Translations under genes and position numbers: made by a program | The notes under the pieces: generated by a model | Database searches by the model: none | Told to the model about the DNA's origin: nothing | The model's input: only the letters and a program-made list of their open reading frames with translations | NCBI GenBank assembly: GCA_024231215.1 | Contig: JAAEQR010000142.1 | Location: 292,593-356,592 of the forward strand | Length of the DNA: 64,000 nt | Direction of reading: 5' to 3' | From: PVC group bacterium | Lineage (GTDB): Bacteria; Omnitrophota; Gorgyraeia; B26-G9 | Shown: one piece after another, positions 10,114-20,607 of the stretch | How the letters are laid out: every line of letters starts with the position of its first letter | Numbering within the stretch: the stretch's first letter is position 1

Positions 10114-11250
10114 TTATCCTCCTATTGGTAGCCTTACCGTAAACCGAGCTCCTCCTTGAGACACACTTTCTCCTCTTACTTCTCCTTGATAACAATCAAT
10201 TATTTCTTTAACAATCGCTAAACCTAAACCTTGCCCTCTGGACTTTGTCGTAACGAAAGGCTCAAAGATCCTATCTTTAAACCGAGCATCAATCCCCTTG
10301 CCCGTATCCACAAAATCCACACAAAGATGGCCATTGTCCCGATAGCTTTTCACGTTTAGCTTACCTTTTTCATCTATAGCCTCAAATGCGTTTTTTACAA
10401 AATTAACAAAAATCTGCTGTAGACCACAATCCCTTATCAGCGGGAGGTCCCGAGTAAATTCCGTCTCGATATCTATTTGCTTACATATCGCCTGATGCTT
10501 ATAGAATGATATCGATTTGCTTAAAATATCATTTATATTTACCAGATCTCTTGATACTGGATTATGATTTCTATCTCCGGCAAAAGAAAACTCAAGCATA
10601 GAACGCAAAACATTTGCCATTCTCTTTAACCCTGCCTGAATTTCAGACAAATATTCCTTGATTATAGTTCCCTCTCCTGCCTGTTCCTTGCAAAGATTAA
10701 CGTAACGCATAATCCCATCTAACGGATTATTTAATTCTTGAGATATCCCGGCTGTAAACTTACAAACTGCCGTTGAATTCTTAAAACACTGCAGCTGCGC
10801 TTCCAGATGTTCTTTTGCAAATAAACTCTCTATTGTCTGTGCCGCAGAAGCAGCAATCGCACTAACAAAAGACAATTCCTTTATTGAAAACGGGGTTCCA
10901 TCATTCTTTTCTGTAACATTGAGAACCCCAAGCAAGCGATCTTCACGCATCAAAGGGACTGAAAGAAAAGAATGTGTTTGATAGTTTTCCTGACGACACT
11001 GAGTGCTAATCGACTCTTCCTGCCGCACATCTGCTACCAGCAATGGCTGTTTGCTTAAAGCCACCTGCCCGGAGATACCTTGTCCCAAACGCATACGCTC
11101 CCCAAGAATTGACTGTCTATTCTTACCACGCGCCACACGAACCACAATATCCTGCTTATTTTTATCCAAAAGCAGTATAGACCCGACTTCTGAATCTAAT
11201 ATATTCAGGCACTGATTAAGAATGGTCTCTAAAAATTTCTGCATATACAC
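10114..11250 (-). CDS. GAF-domain histidine kinase-like protein; H-box reads QELNNPL
   Basis: GAF, HisKA-like SQELNNPLDG, N box NFVKNAFEAI, DTGKGI, FEPFVTTK, GLGLAI. Confidence 0.85.
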   Translation of the reverse strand: MYMQKFLETILNQCLNILDSEVGSILLLDKNKQDIVVRVARGKNRQSILGERMRLGQGISGQVALSKQPLLVADVRQEESISTQCRQENYQTHSFLSVPLMREDRLLGVLNVTEKNDGTPFSIKELSFVSAIAASAAQTIESLFAKEHLEAQLQCFKNSTAVCKFTAGISQELNNPLDGIMRYVNLCKEQAGEGTIIKEYLSEIQAGLKRMANVLRSMLEFSFAGDRNHNPVSRDLVNINDILSKSISFYKHQAICKQIDIETEFTRDLPLIRDCGLQQIFVNFVKNAFEAIDEKGKLNVKSYRDNGHLCVDFVDTGKGIDARFKDRIFEPFVTTKSRGQGLGLAIVKEIIDCYQGEVRGESVSQGGARFTVRLPIGG

Positions 11251-11252
11251 CT

Positions 11253-12098
11253 TTAGTTTCCTAATTCGACAACTTTCTTCTTCAACATTTCCCCGGCCTT
11301 GTAATCCGGATATTCCTCTAAGATGCGTTTATATATCGACAAGGCCTTCTGCTTATCACTTAATTTATTTTCATATATATTTGCCAAGACCAAAAGCGTA
11401 TCCGAGCTCAGCGCATATTTAGAATCCAAACCTAAGATATAAGCCACTGCATTATCCCAGGCTTCCTGCTCCACATACGTACGCACAATCAGGTTTTCAG
11501 CCATTAAAGCACCCTTTGTATTAGGATACTTATCTGCTATAGCCTGATACTGATCTATCGCCGCCTGATATGCCTGTGCTGCTTCTGAGACTTTCTCATT
11601 TTCCAAATAATAATGGGCAATATACAGCGGCACGGAAAAACTCAATTGAGTCTTTTCGTATTTTGCTGAAATCTCCTTAAATAACTTTAGAGCCCAAGGC
11701 CAATTACCTTCCTTTTCATACGTCTGGCCTTTTTCGAATAAGGCGAGGGCATTTATTTCCTGCCGTCCTTGGTGGGATTCTATTATTATATCATATATAG
11801 CACGAGACTTGTCAAATTCTTTTTCCAGCGCATAGAGTTGGGCAATCTTAAACTGCGAATCCAAAGCATGGTTACTCTCGGGAGCCCGGGCGATTATCTT
11901 TTCATATAAAGCAATTACCGTCTTAAATTCATACGATGAAACAGAACCTTCATTAAGGAAAATCGGCTCTGCCGCTTTATTTGCCTGCCACACCATTCGT
12001 TCTATTTTGTACTGCTCACTGCATCCGGATAGGGTAACAACACTGCCCAGACATAAGATCATTACAATTATTAACTTAAAACTAGGCCTGTTCCTCAA
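11253..12098 (-). CDS. TPR-repeat lipoprotein
   Basis: Lipobox LSGC; repeated TPR-like helices with YP turns. Confidence 0.75.
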   Translation of the reverse strand: MRNRPSFKLIIVMILCLGSVVTLSGCSEQYKIERMVWQANKAAEPIFLNEGSVSSYEFKTVIALYEKIIARAPESNHALDSQFKIAQLYALEKEFDKSRAIYDIIIESHQGRQEINALALFEKGQTYEKEGNWPWALKLFKEISAKYEKTQLSFSVPLYIAHYYLENEKVSEAAQAYQAAIDQYQAIADKYPNTKGALMAENLIVRTYVEQEAWDNAVAYILGLDSKYALSSDTLLVLANIYENKLSDKQKALSIYKRILEEYPDYKAGEMLKKKVVELGN

Positions 12099-12970
12099 TT
12101 CCCTTCCCCTCTTATCAGTAAGTATAGCTTTGTTGTAGAAACAGTTATAAAAACATTAACTAAAAAAGACATGCAAATCCCAGCAATCAAAACCAGGAAG
12201 ACAATTTCCGGAACAATGTTCTCCATCAAGGGGAAAAGCCTTGTTTTCAACAAAGCAACCGGCAAATATAATAATAAGGGCACAAGAACCAAAATAATCA
12301 CTGCTAAAAAATTTTTAAAAATATATCCTACATTACGAAACAATGCAACAATGAAGTTCTTCCCCTCTATAATAATTACAGGATGGGCAAAGATAAATAG
12401 GCTTTGCAGAAATCCCATGGTAATAATATTAATCGCCGTAAATATCAACATCCAGCCTTCCCTGCGTATATTCAGGAAGACCCGTCCCTTCATCATGATT
12501 TTAAGAAGCACTTTAGATTCAACCCAAAATGCGCCTTTAATTAAAAAAAACACTATTAAGGTAATCAAAAACAAGTGAATATATGAGACTAAAGATCGTT
12601 TTAGTGCCGCCTTCAAAGAAATCACCTTTGAACTGATTTTCTGCTGCACAAGATTAATCGTAACTCCGGCTATAAAAGTCCCCAGAATAATTGACAAAAC
12701 AACCTGAATATGAGAAAACCCCTTTGCCAGCAAAAGCAAATTATATGGATAATGAAAAAATTGTCTTCCGGCAAAACGCATGATTATTGGAGTAAAATAT
12801 TTCACCAACGGCGGCTGGATAGCAAAAAAAAGTATTATAATTGCACTTAGTTCTAAAAAGGCAAGCACCGCATACGGTAACATTATGCGATAATCACTTT
12901 TGATAATCGTCATAGCACTTAACCACGACTCGCGTATCAAACTCCATTGTGATTTTTTAATTTTGTCCAT
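12095..12970 (-). CDS. Polytopic membrane protein of unknown function
   Basis: About six hydrophobic segments; overlaps the TPR gene start. Confidence 0.65.
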   Translation of the reverse strand: MDKIKKSQWSLIRESWLSAMTIIKSDYRIMLPYAVLAFLELSAIIILFFAIQPPLVKYFTPIIMRFAGRQFFHYPYNLLLLAKGFSHIQVVLSIILGTFIAGVTINLVQQKISSKVISLKAALKRSLVSYIHLFLITLIVFFLIKGAFWVESKVLLKIMMKGRVFLNIRREGWMLIFTAINIITMGFLQSLFIFAHPVIIIEGKNFIVALFRNVGYIFKNFLAVIILVLVPLLLYLPVALLKTRLFPLMENIVPEIVFLVLIAGICMSFLVNVFITVSTTKLYLLIRGEGN

Positions 12971-13085
12971 AATTTTCTACAATCTTTTTTGTTATAACGG
13001 TGTGTATGAAGAATATTGTCAATCGATGAGCCCCCAGATTGGTAGTTACAATTCACGACTTACCCCCTAAGCCGCCTTAGATAAT

Positions 13086-13130
13086 AGAAAACACCCAGAG
13101 AGAAAACTTCACATCCCTGAGTGTTTTCTG
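13086..13130. terminator. Hairpin downstream of the PEP-CTERM genes
   Basis: agaaaacacccag...ctgagtgttttct inverted repeat. Confidence 0.5.
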
Positions 13131-13154
13131 TTTATATCTAAGAATGAATACAAT

Positions 13155-13748
13155 TTAAGATTTTTTTCTTCTGTATCCAACTAATCCTAACAAAGCAGGC
13201 CCAAGCAATAACATAGTTGCAGGTTCCGGTACCGGTGTTGTAGCTGTAAGCTTCACTCCACGATTGTAATAATGACAATCAGGATCAAAACCTAAGCCAA
13301 CTATTCCATTTGAACCAAACTGCTGCAATGTATCAATCTGATCTGCTGTAAATGTATAGCTCCAATTGATGTAATAAGGATCGTTATCAACATATGTAGT
13401 AAGCAAATTTGTGCTTCCATTGTCTGCGAACTGATCTCCAGCAGTTGTATCCTGACCTACGAATACGCTCGGCACAATCCCTCCTGGAACTTTATCTAAC
13501 AGATGAATTGCCAACTGGTTGTCTGGATCTTCCCAGCCAGAATCATGAATCCCTCGGATAGATAATACCACGCTTTCTAAATTCCCAGGAACTTCGCTCC
13601 AATCCATACCCCATATATAATGATTCTCGTGTATCAGATCATGAAGATCTTTTGGATCCGGTTCAAAGATATATACAGCAGCATGAGCTGATGAAACAGC
13701 AGTTAATAGCATAGAACAAAAAATTACTACTCCAAGTATTTTTTTCAA
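13155..13748 (-). CDS. PEP-CTERM sorting-signal protein
   Basis: Signal peptide (AHA), GFDPDCHY motif, C-terminal VPEPATMLLLGPALLGLVGYRRKKS. Confidence 0.93.
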   Translation of the reverse strand: MKKILGVVIFCSMLLTAVSSAHAAVYIFEPDPKDLHDLIHENHYIWGMDWSEVPGNLESVVLSIRGIHDSGWEDPDNQLAIHLLDKVPGGIVPSVFVGQDTTAGDQFADNGSTNLLTTYVDNDPYYINWSYTFTADQIDTLQQFGSNGIVGLGFDPDCHYYNRGVKLTATTPVPEPATMLLLGPALLGLVGYRRKKS

Positions 13749-13792
13749 TTTTCCACCTCCTCTCCTCTATTGTAAATTTTTATTTTTTTATA

Positions 13793-14608
13793 TTATTTTC
13801 TTTTCCTATATCCGGCCAATCCTAATAAAGCCGGTCCAAGCAAAAGCATAGTTGCTGGTTCTGGTACTGCCGCTGGATCAACATCAGCGTTGAGATTAAG
13901 ATAATCATTTCCACACTGCATTGCCCAATGAATATTTACCTCTGTATTTTCTTTAGGATCAATCCCTAAAGATGCCAATGGAATACATGCCTCTAATACA
14001 CGATGTGAATACTGATTCCCGCTGTAAACAAAATCAATTCTACCTTTATTGTCTCCGGTCTTTGCCCTTATTGCCCACGGATCAGCTTCAGAATGCTGCG
14101 AATACGCTGAGTCGTTCCATAAAGCATCATGATACAATCTTGCTGTACTGTTTTTTCTCTTATATGAACTTACATCCACCGCATATTCATAATCATCCAG
14201 CGCCCCAATGCTAATACCAATATCTCCCGGTAAAAACCAAGGATTGCCTGGAGCCGTAGCACCTTTAAACGGTAACCCGGTTACAATCGCGATATACGCA
14301 TTATCCTGGTCATTATCAAAGTACATTGCTTCTACATCAAATGCATTGCCTGAATATCCTGGTCCACCATAAGTATATCCAGGACCAACCTTAAACCAAC
14401 CTTGGGTTTTCTTAGATGCATTATCTTCGGTTACACAATCAACATTTGGACTCGAAGTAGGAACATTAATGTCTAAATATCCTTGTTGACGAGCTCCCTG
14501 CCCCCAGGTTATTCCCCAATCTGAAAGATCACCATCAACCACATACGCTGCATTTGCAGAAGGGATTACCAAAAACACGCTCAATAATACAATACCAAAC
14601 CACTTCAC
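13793..14608 (-). CDS. PEP-CTERM sorting-signal protein
   Basis: Signal peptide (ANA), VDGDLSDW, HWAMQCGND, C-terminal VPEPATMLLLGPALLGLAGYRKRK. Confidence 0.93.
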   Translation of the reverse strand: MKWFGIVLLSVFLVIPSANAAYVVDGDLSDWGITWGQGARQQGYLDINVPTSSPNVDCVTEDNASKKTQGWFKVGPGYTYGGPGYSGNAFDVEAMYFDNDQDNAYIAIVTGLPFKGATAPGNPWFLPGDIGISIGALDDYEYAVDVSSYKRKNSTARLYHDALWNDSAYSQHSEADPWAIRAKTGDNKGRIDFVYSGNQYSHRVLEACIPLASLGIDPKENTEVNIHWAMQCGNDYLNLNADVDPAAVPEPATMLLLGPALLGLAGYRKRK

Positions 14609-14644
14609 CGTACACCTCTCTTTCGCGTCGAAAACAAGCTTAGA

Positions 14645-15436
14645 CTAAATCGTCTTACCCTTCAAAACTACAATTGCTGTCTTTAAAAGTATATCCAATT
14701 CTACAAAAAAACACATTTTGCGGATATACAACAAATCCAGCTTTACTTTCTTCTTTACATCAGCTAAAGTCTTATCTGCACGATGATGAACTTGCGCTAA
14801 CCCGGTAATACCCGGCTTCACCTGCAGTCTTTTATCATACTGAGTAACCTTCGAATTAAGATCACTAATTATTTCCGGACGCTCCGGTCGGGGTCCCACA
14901 ACACTCATATCGCCTTGTAACACATTGAAAAACTGCGGTACTTCATCTATATGACTAATACGCAGGAAATGTCCGATAAACGGGATTACCCGAGGATCTC
15001 TGCCGTCATTGGTCGCCCACACTGCACCAGTACCTACTTCGGCGTCTGGACGCATACTGCGCAACTTATAGATTTTAAATATTTTACCGCCTTTGCCAAC
15101 TCTTACTTGAGAATAGAAAATTGGACCATTCGGAGAAAGAATCTTAATCAACGCTCCAAATATAAGGATTAACGGCATTGTCAGCATAACCCCAATACTC
15201 GCCACCGCAATATCAAAACTACGCTTCAGATAAACAAATTTACGTTGTGCATAACGAATAATCGCACTACCAATTCCAAAAAAGAAAGCTATTGCCCCAT
15301 AAGGCGTTAAAGCAACAACTTCTTCCATAGACATAGCCATTACTGCTGGAATTGCCAAAAAGCAAAATGCGATTAAGCTGATAAACAAAATTTTAATATG
15401 AACTTTTGCGACTCTATTCAACATGATGATTTTCAT
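14645..15436 (-). CDS. Priming sugar-phosphate transferase (Bac_transf family)
   Basis: KRSFDI, KLRSM, DPRV, IDEVPQFFNVLQGDMSVVGPRPE, KPGITGLAQV. Confidence 0.92.
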   Translation of the reverse strand: MKIIMLNRVAKVHIKILFISLIAFCFLAIPAVMAMSMEEVVALTPYGAIAFFFGIGSAIIRYAQRKFVYLKRSFDIAVASIGVMLTMPLILIFGALIKILSPNGPIFYSQVRVGKGGKIFKIYKLRSMRPDAEVGTGAVWATNDGRDPRVIPFIGHFLRISHIDEVPQFFNVLQGDMSVVGPRPERPEIISDLNSKVTQYDKRLQVKPGITGLAQVHHRADKTLADVKKKVKLDLLYIRKMCFFVELDILLKTAIVVLKGKTI

Positions 15437-15502
15437 TACCCTTCTACTGTTTCTTACTTTCTAAACAAATTTAGTTAGTATTAGTTAAGACTTCAAATCT
15501 AT

Positions 15503-15519
15503 AGCATTTATTATGCCAA
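15503..15519 (-). promoter_or_regulatory. Sigma54 (-24/-12) promoter upstream of sugar transferase/PEP-CTERM genes
   Basis: Minus strand TTGGCATAATAAATGCT (GG-N10-GC). Confidence 0.7.
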
Positions 15520-15664
15520 GCAATCAATTTTTCTTTAAAAACAATTTCTTTTCTTTTATCTCTTTATAACTCTTTATTTTTTAGATGGTTAGGATACTGT
15601 TATTTATATCTTTTTTGATCTTCCCGCCGCTTTAACCTACCCCGTTCTTTTCCCTATTGCTTTT

Positions 15665-15684
15665 CTGTTGAAAAAAATCAACAG
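15665..15684. promoter_or_regulatory. Candidate enhancer (bEBP binding site)
   Basis: CTGTTGA-N6-TCAACAG inverted repeat about 150 bp upstream of the sigma54 site. Confidence 0.45.
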
Positions 15685-15854
15685 TTGTTGTTTTGTTTAT
15701 GCAACGTTGTACTTTCCTTTAACCGTGTAATAAGTTTCTGCAAATTTTAACAAGTGTACCATGAAAACCACATTTTGCAAGTGTTTTTTTAACTTTTTTT
15801 CAAAAAAACAAAATATCAGATTTCAAGCCATACTCAGGGGGAAATTTTAGACAA

Positions 15855-15897
15855 ATAAAAACCCTTTAAAGAACAGCATTTTCTGCTCTTAAAGGGC
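15855..15897 (-). terminator. Intrinsic terminator after epsI
   Basis: CCCTTTAAGAGCAG...CTGTTCTTTAAAGGG followed by TTTTTATTT. Confidence 0.6.
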
Positions 15898-15984
15898 CTC
15901 ATTGCCTCCTGAAAACATCATTGTTTAAGAAATTTATAATATCATATCGCGCTATTTTGTCAAGGGATATTTGTAAATTTTTTA

Positions 15985-16635
15985 TTACCCGAGGAGTCTT
16001 AAAAGGGACGGCATGCAGGTGTTAATAAAAGTTTTTAATCTTTGGAGAGCTTCTTGTTCATTATTATTGACGATTGCCGTGGAAATCCGAATCTGGCCTC
16101 CGCTAAGCGGAGATCTCTTTAAATAGGCTGTGATCAGCTTAAGACGCTGTTTAACATAACTGTCTGCAAATTCATCTCCGGCAATAAACCAATACAAATA
16201 AACCTGTTTATCTTTGTCTTTTTCAACCACAAGCTTATTTGCGGCCAGATCAAAGCTCTGTTGTTCTATATCAATCGAAATAATTTCTTTTGCTTTATGC
16301 GTAATTGTTCTTCCCTCACCTCGCAAACAATTCTCCGGAGGATCAGATGTCTTATGTGTACGTGCAGAAAAAATCAAATAGAATAATATCGGCGGCTCGT
16401 CTTCTTTCATATAATACCGCATGATTATATTTTTTGTCTCTAGAGCCGCATATATACTTTCCTTAAGCTGTACATCCTCAGATTTATAAACACCTATTTC
16501 CTGAGGCAAGTTAAAAACACTGCTATCCGGCGGTAATTCTGTCTCTGTTAATTTGACCCAAAGCGTAGCCGCTGCACCACAAAGCAATAGTATTACCAGA
16601 ACTAAAAACCGTTTATCCTTCATTTTTATCCTCAA
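15985..16635 (-). CDS. epsI: Exosortase-associated EpsI family protein
   Basis: N-terminal TM, PPENCLRGEG, VYLYWF, QIRIST; overlaps the exosortase gene. Confidence 0.85.
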   Translation of the reverse strand: MRIKMKDKRFLVLVILLLCGAAATLWVKLTETELPPDSSVFNLPQEIGVYKSEDVQLKESIYAALETKNIIMRYYMKEDEPPILFYLIFSARTHKTSDPPENCLRGEGRTITHKAKEIISIDIEQQSFDLAANKLVVEKDKDKQVYLYWFIAGDEFADSYVKQRLKLITAYLKRSPLSGGQIRISTAIVNNNEQEALQRLKTFINTCMPSLLRLLG

Positions 16636-17461
16636 GAAGCGATTTTTGCGTGGTTAATAAACCATTCATCGCCAGCATACCCAATGCCGCTACAGCAAAC
16701 AGAAGAAATCCAGAAAAATCATGCACCCATCCCTGCGCTGCTTTCATGCCATACACGTCACTTACCCAGCCTAGCAAAACTATTCGCATGACATTAGCCG
16801 CAATAGCAATCGGCAAAGCAGATAAAAACAGCAGCCATTTTTTCCATAAACTATTATTTGTTAAATAGGCAAATGCCGCACCAAAAGCCATTAGAGCAAT
16901 CAACGACCTTAATCCACTACAAGGAGCTTCCACCTCTAAATAGGAATTAGCCATATTGATTATACTCCCGTCCCGAACTGCCTCTAGACCTATCTTATTT
17001 AAAGCACTAGTCGCTAATTCTGCAGCAAATAATTTCATTTTTAAAACAATATTTGAAACCAAAACCATGGGCAAGGGAATCATAAACAAGAGATAAACAA
17101 TCGGAAAAAGCACTTCTTTTAAAGCACTCAATCCAACCATAAGCATAACAACCCCCATAATAAGAATAATCATAGAACAGGCAGAAATAAAGTAAAGATT
17201 TATAAATGTTCCGCCAAGATGGAAAACCAACGCTAGCACAATAAGTACAATACCTATATAAGAAGGATTTGTTTTTATTTCAGATAATGTGCTGCGTTTA
17301 CTCCAGATAAAAAATAAGCAGGCAATAATAATAAGAGGGCCATGACTATAGTATGTATCTTCGCTGTTCCATCTTCCCCACATCCAGTTAAACGCAGGAT
17401 AATAAATAGCCCCTAGTAAGGCTGTTATCAATAAAGTCTTGATCCAGGTAATGGTTTTCAT
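16613..17461 (-). CDS. Exosortase (EpsH family)
   Basis: YYSHG, FMIPLP, catalytic triad EAPCSGLRS / NVMR / VHDFSG; multi-TM. Confidence 0.93.
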   Translation of the reverse strand: MKTITWIKTLLITALLGAIYYPAFNWMWGRWNSEDTYYSHGPLIIIACLFFIWSKRSTLSEIKTNPSYIGIVLIVLALVFHLGGTFINLYFISACSMIILIMGVVMLMVGLSALKEVLFPIVYLLFMIPLPMVLVSNIVLKMKLFAAELATSALNKIGLEAVRDGSIINMANSYLEVEAPCSGLRSLIALMAFGAAFAYLTNNSLWKKWLLFLSALPIAIAANVMRIVLLGWVSDVYGMKAAQGWVHDFSGFLLFAVAALGMLAMNGLLTTQKSLLEDKNEG

Positions 17462-17500
17462 GACATTAGATAGAGTAACATAGATATAGATATAAGTAAA

Positions 17501-17527
17501 GGCTTCGCCACCTTTTGTGGCGAAGCC
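17501..17527 (-). terminator. Intrinsic terminator after the 17573 gene
   Basis: GGCTTCGCCAC-AAAAG-GTGGCGAAGCC followed by TTTACTT. Confidence 0.7.
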
Positions 17528-17572
17528 AACATGTGTTATAGCTAAAAAAACCCCTACTTTCCCCGTCCTATA

Positions 17573-20062
17573 TTACCGGCATAAAATCCGGCTTAAAGTA
17601 ATCAAAGGTTTCAAGCTAATTCTGATAATTTTACGTACTGCTGGTTTCTGTGCAATGCGATCGGCGATCGGAGGACTGTATGTATAATACAGTTTCACGA
17701 ATTTTCTGCCTAATGGATTAGTCAATAAGTAATCATCTCTAAACTCGCACAGAACTCGTACTTCTTTAGCCATCTTTGTTCCAAACGCTGCTGTAGCAAT
17801 AAAACATCCACCGCCGCCACCGCCGCCGCCAGAAGAACCACTTGCTGCTGCAGGAGGAGTGCTATCGCTATCGCCATCACTATCATCGCTATCTCCATCA
17901 TCTCCGGTATCAGTACTACCATCTGTTGAGTTAACGCCACCTATCGCATACATAGAAAAGTGAGTTGTAGGAACAGATACTTTTTTAGCCGCAACATCTA
18001 CAGTTGCACCGGGAACTTTTTCCCAAGCTGAAGTCGTAAGATTGTAATAATAGATGTTCAACGAAGACTCTTCCTCAATTCCGGCACTACTTAATTGAGC
18101 ACTAGTATAAGGAATAGTTATCGTTGCCGGAATATCAAACTCTGTTCCTCCCGGCCCGAAATCAACCACATTACCAACAATAAGAGTACTGCCTGTAGCT
18201 TCAGGAGCTGCTACTACTTGCGCTACCGTAATTGTAGTTGGCGCATCTATGGCTTGAGCACCTATGGCTACGCTTGTTCCAACAATGTTTCCTGTCTCAA
18301 CTAGTACGCTACCGCCAATCTCGTTATCTACTTTTTCCGCTTTAATTTCATCAGTAGTTAAAAACGTATTCCGGCAAAATTCAATTTCTTGTCTTCCTGA
18401 AGAGGTATCTGACCATGATACATAGTAATGACATCCTTGCGTATTTATCGCCAGAGAAGGATTATACTGCGTAGCCGTAGTATCAAACTGAGAGTATTCC
18501 TGGAATATATAATCCTGATAAGATGCTCCAGCTAATCCCACGCTGTAATTACCAGAACTATATTGCTGCCAAACAACTAAAGCATTTCCTTTAGTATCTA
18601 TGGCTAAATCATATGCCCCCAGAGAATCCGTACTTAAAATCGTTGCCGTACTATCCAGATTGTATAAGCTCTGTGCCTGGCTATACAGGTAACTAGCAAA
18701 CATCAAATCTCCAGCTTCTTTCCAAACCAGATATACATTATTTCCGTCAGAACTTACATCTAAAGCCGGCCCTTTATCTCCGGCTGTTGCAGCATTTGCT
18801 TCTACATCCGTCCCAAAACTTTCTCCGCAGTCAATTATATTCTTACTTGCACTATCAAAATAAATGCTATATGTACTATCATTGTTAACGCCATTCCAAG
18901 CTATAAATATCTTACTATTAGCATCCACCTCTATAGCCGGAGCAGCAGCTTTCTGCGGCCAGCGATCTTCATCTACTCGTAACGCTGTTCCTACAAATAC
19001 CTGCCATGCATCGGTATAATCTGCTGTTGTTCTAGTGTAATTTAAACTCGCATTACCACCATTCTCATCCACCCAACAAACATAAACAGTTGCCGGCTCT
19101 ACAGTCTGATCATCACCATCACCGGTAAGTGCCGCACCAACTGTCATTGCCGGAAATACCTGATTGCTTGTTCCTGCATCATTATATATCAGATGATTTA
19201 CTCCAAAAGCAGAACCAACAGCTTCTTTCCTAGATACATATATATCCCAGTCTCCTAAAACACTCATTTGCTGCCAAGCTACATAGATATTATTCTGGCT
19301 ATCTACTGCAATCGAAGGATACCGATCTTCTATTCCAACCGCAGAACTGTTAACTTTTATTGAAGATTGAAAACTAACTCCAAAATCAACTGACTGAGAA
19401 AAGTATATGTCCCATTCACCTTCAGTAGAACGTTCTTCCCATACCATATATACATTCTTACCATCATCAGAAGTAACTATGTGTGCTTTATCTTTCAAAG
19501 GTTCTACCGCAAATGATTCCATCATACCGCTTATAGAAACTTTTTTCTCTTTTCCGTAGATAAAATTTTGCGTTCTAAAATCGTATGTGTAAGCATTCAT
19601 CTGATTGCCCTCTAAATCTAATGCATCAACTTGAATCTCCACATTCTGCTTATAGATAAAATAATCGGCAGGATCATACATTATTACATACTCATTATTA
19701 GAGTTAACAATGATCTCTACATCATAATCTACGATCGATCCCTGCGAATCCGTATAACTCTGAACAACTCCATCTTCAATTATACTGACTCCCTCTACGG
19801 CAAGATCAATACTACTGCTATCAACCCCAATAATATCATCTTTTATACAAAGCTGAATGTTAGAATGAACCGGGATGTTGTTATTATTGTCTTGTGGAAA
19901 ACATCCATCAACATAAGGAGCATCATTATCAGCCCGCGTAGTGAAAGAATAAGTATCCGCTGTCATCTGATTAGCACAATAAGCATTAGCTGCGATCAAG
20001 AGCACCATCAAGCAGCTTATTGCCATTGTTATGATTTTTTTATTTTGTTTTGCATGTGTCAT
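17573..20062 (-). CDS. Secreted surface protein: N-terminal donor-strand-like peptide, Ig-like domain, beta-propeller-like repeats, ZU5-like domain, Gly linker and CFI-box C-terminal domain (putative fibre anchor)
   Basis: Signal peptide ending AYC; [12 protein letters not shown]; repeated xYxxWxx..DIY units; THFS; [32 protein letters not shown]; start at ATG 20062 after GAGGTGG. Confidence 0.8.
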   Translation of the reverse strand: MTHAKQNKKIITMAISCLMVLLIAANAYCANQMTADTYSFTTRADNDAPYVDGCFPQDNNNNIPVHSNIQLCIKDDIIGVDSSSIDLAVEGVSIIEDGVVQSYTDSQGSIVDYDVEIIVNSNNEYVIMYDPADYFIYKQNVEIQVDALDLEGNQMNAYTYDFRTQNFIYGKEKKVSISGMMESFAVEPLKDKAHIVTSDDGKNVYMVWEERSTEGEWDIYFSQSVDFGVSFQSSIKVNSSAVGIEDRYPSIAVDSQNNIYVAWQQMSVLGDWDIYVSRKEAVGSAFGVNHLIYNDAGTSNQVFPAMTVGAALTGDGDDQTVEPATVYVCWVDENGGNASLNYTRTTADYTDAWQVFVGTALRVDEDRWPQKAAAPAIEVDANSKIFIAWNGVNNDSTYSIYFDSASKNIIDCGESFGTDVEANAATAGDKGPALDVSSDGNNVYLVWKEAGDLMFASYLYSQAQSLYNLDSTATILSTDSLGAYDLAIDTKGNALVVWQQYSSGNYSVGLAGASYQDYIFQEYSQFDTTATQYNPSLAINTQGCHYYVSWSDTSSGRQEIEFCRNTFLTTDEIKAEKVDNEIGGSVLVETGNIVGTSVAIGAQAIDAPTTITVAQVVAAPEATGSTLIVGNVVDFGPGGTEFDIPATITIPYTSAQLSSAGIEEESSLNIYYYNLTTSAWEKVPGATVDVAAKKVSVPTTHFSMYAIGGVNSTDGSTDTGDDGDSDDSDGDSDSTPPAAASGSSGGGGGGGGCFIATAAFGTKMAKEVRVLCEFRDDYLLTNPLGRKFVKLYYTYSPPIADRIAQKPAVRKIIRISLKPLITLSRILCR

Positions 20063-20072
20063 CGTCCACCTC

Positions 20073-20109
20073 AAAAAAAGAGCCTGTTCTTGAAAGTTTT
20101 AGAACAGGC
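20073..20109 (-). terminator. Riboswitch expression-platform terminator 1
   Basis: GCCTGTTCT-loop-AGAACAGGC then TCTTTTTTT, directly before the RBS. Confidence 0.8.
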
Positions 20110-20203
20110 GTTTTCTTGAGTGCGGAACGGTTAGTACATAGTTTTATTTTCGACAGCTACGAGTTCCATACTATCCGCTATCACGCTACTTACTACTACT
20201 TAT

Positions 20204-20394
20204 CACCTTCGGCAACCCAGCTGCCTTACTAGTCAATGGTCAATGGTCAATGGTCAATAGTTTAAACTTACTATCAGCCATTAGCTATCAACTATCAGCT
20301 AATGTAGGCCTGTGGCTTTGCTTCTCCGCCGCACTTGGCGGAGAAAGGCATTCACCTGTCCCATTCTTTCAAATGGTTTGCTATTATCGTGGTA
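20204..20394 (-). ncRNA. GEMM-I (c-di-GMP-I class) riboswitch, A20 variant (predicted 3'3'-cGAMP), with inserted hairpins; copy 1
   Basis: CACGATAATAGCAAACCATTTGAAAGAATGGGAC-[36 nt]-GCAAAGCCACAGGCCTA...AAGGCAGCTGGGTTGCCGAA matches the GEMM-I core. Confidence 0.85.
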
Positions 20395-20433
20395 CACATT
20401 TCAAAGTACAATTTTCACTTCTTATGTATTAAA

Positions 20434-20450
20434 AGCAATTACTATTCCAA
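20434..20450 (-). promoter_or_regulatory. Sigma54 promoter upstream of riboswitch copy 1
   Basis: TTGGAATAGTAATTGCT (GG-N10-GC) about 40 bp before the aptamer. Confidence 0.7.
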
Positions 20451-20607
20451 CAGTATCATTTATTGCGCATTTTATTAAATTCATAACCTCTTTATTTTCA
20501 AAACCTTGCAGCTTTGCAGTCATTTTATTTTTCATTAGCATCTTGCTGCCTCATTAAAACCTTAGAAAAATTTTTCTAAATCAGGAAATCAATTTCCGTT
20601 TTTCACG

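Noticed and set aside
10112-10195. Arg/Ser-rich N-terminal extension of the response regulator
   Set aside because: Overlaps the kinase gene; a strong AGGAGG RBS points to the ATG at 10111
17805-17935. GCC/ATC triplet-like repeats
   Set aside because: Simply encode the Gly/Asp/Ser linker before the CFI box
20050-20557. Plus-strand ORFs 20050-20232, 20250-20432 (LSAISYQLSA) and 20312-20557
   Set aside because: Antisense to the riboswitch leader; the peptide pattern is just the translated 7-mer repeat
20562-20598. AT-rich palindromes upstream of the sigma54 site, with similar GAAAA..TTTTC sequence near 25550
   Set aside because: Could be enhancer sites, but too AT-rich to distinguish from chance by eye
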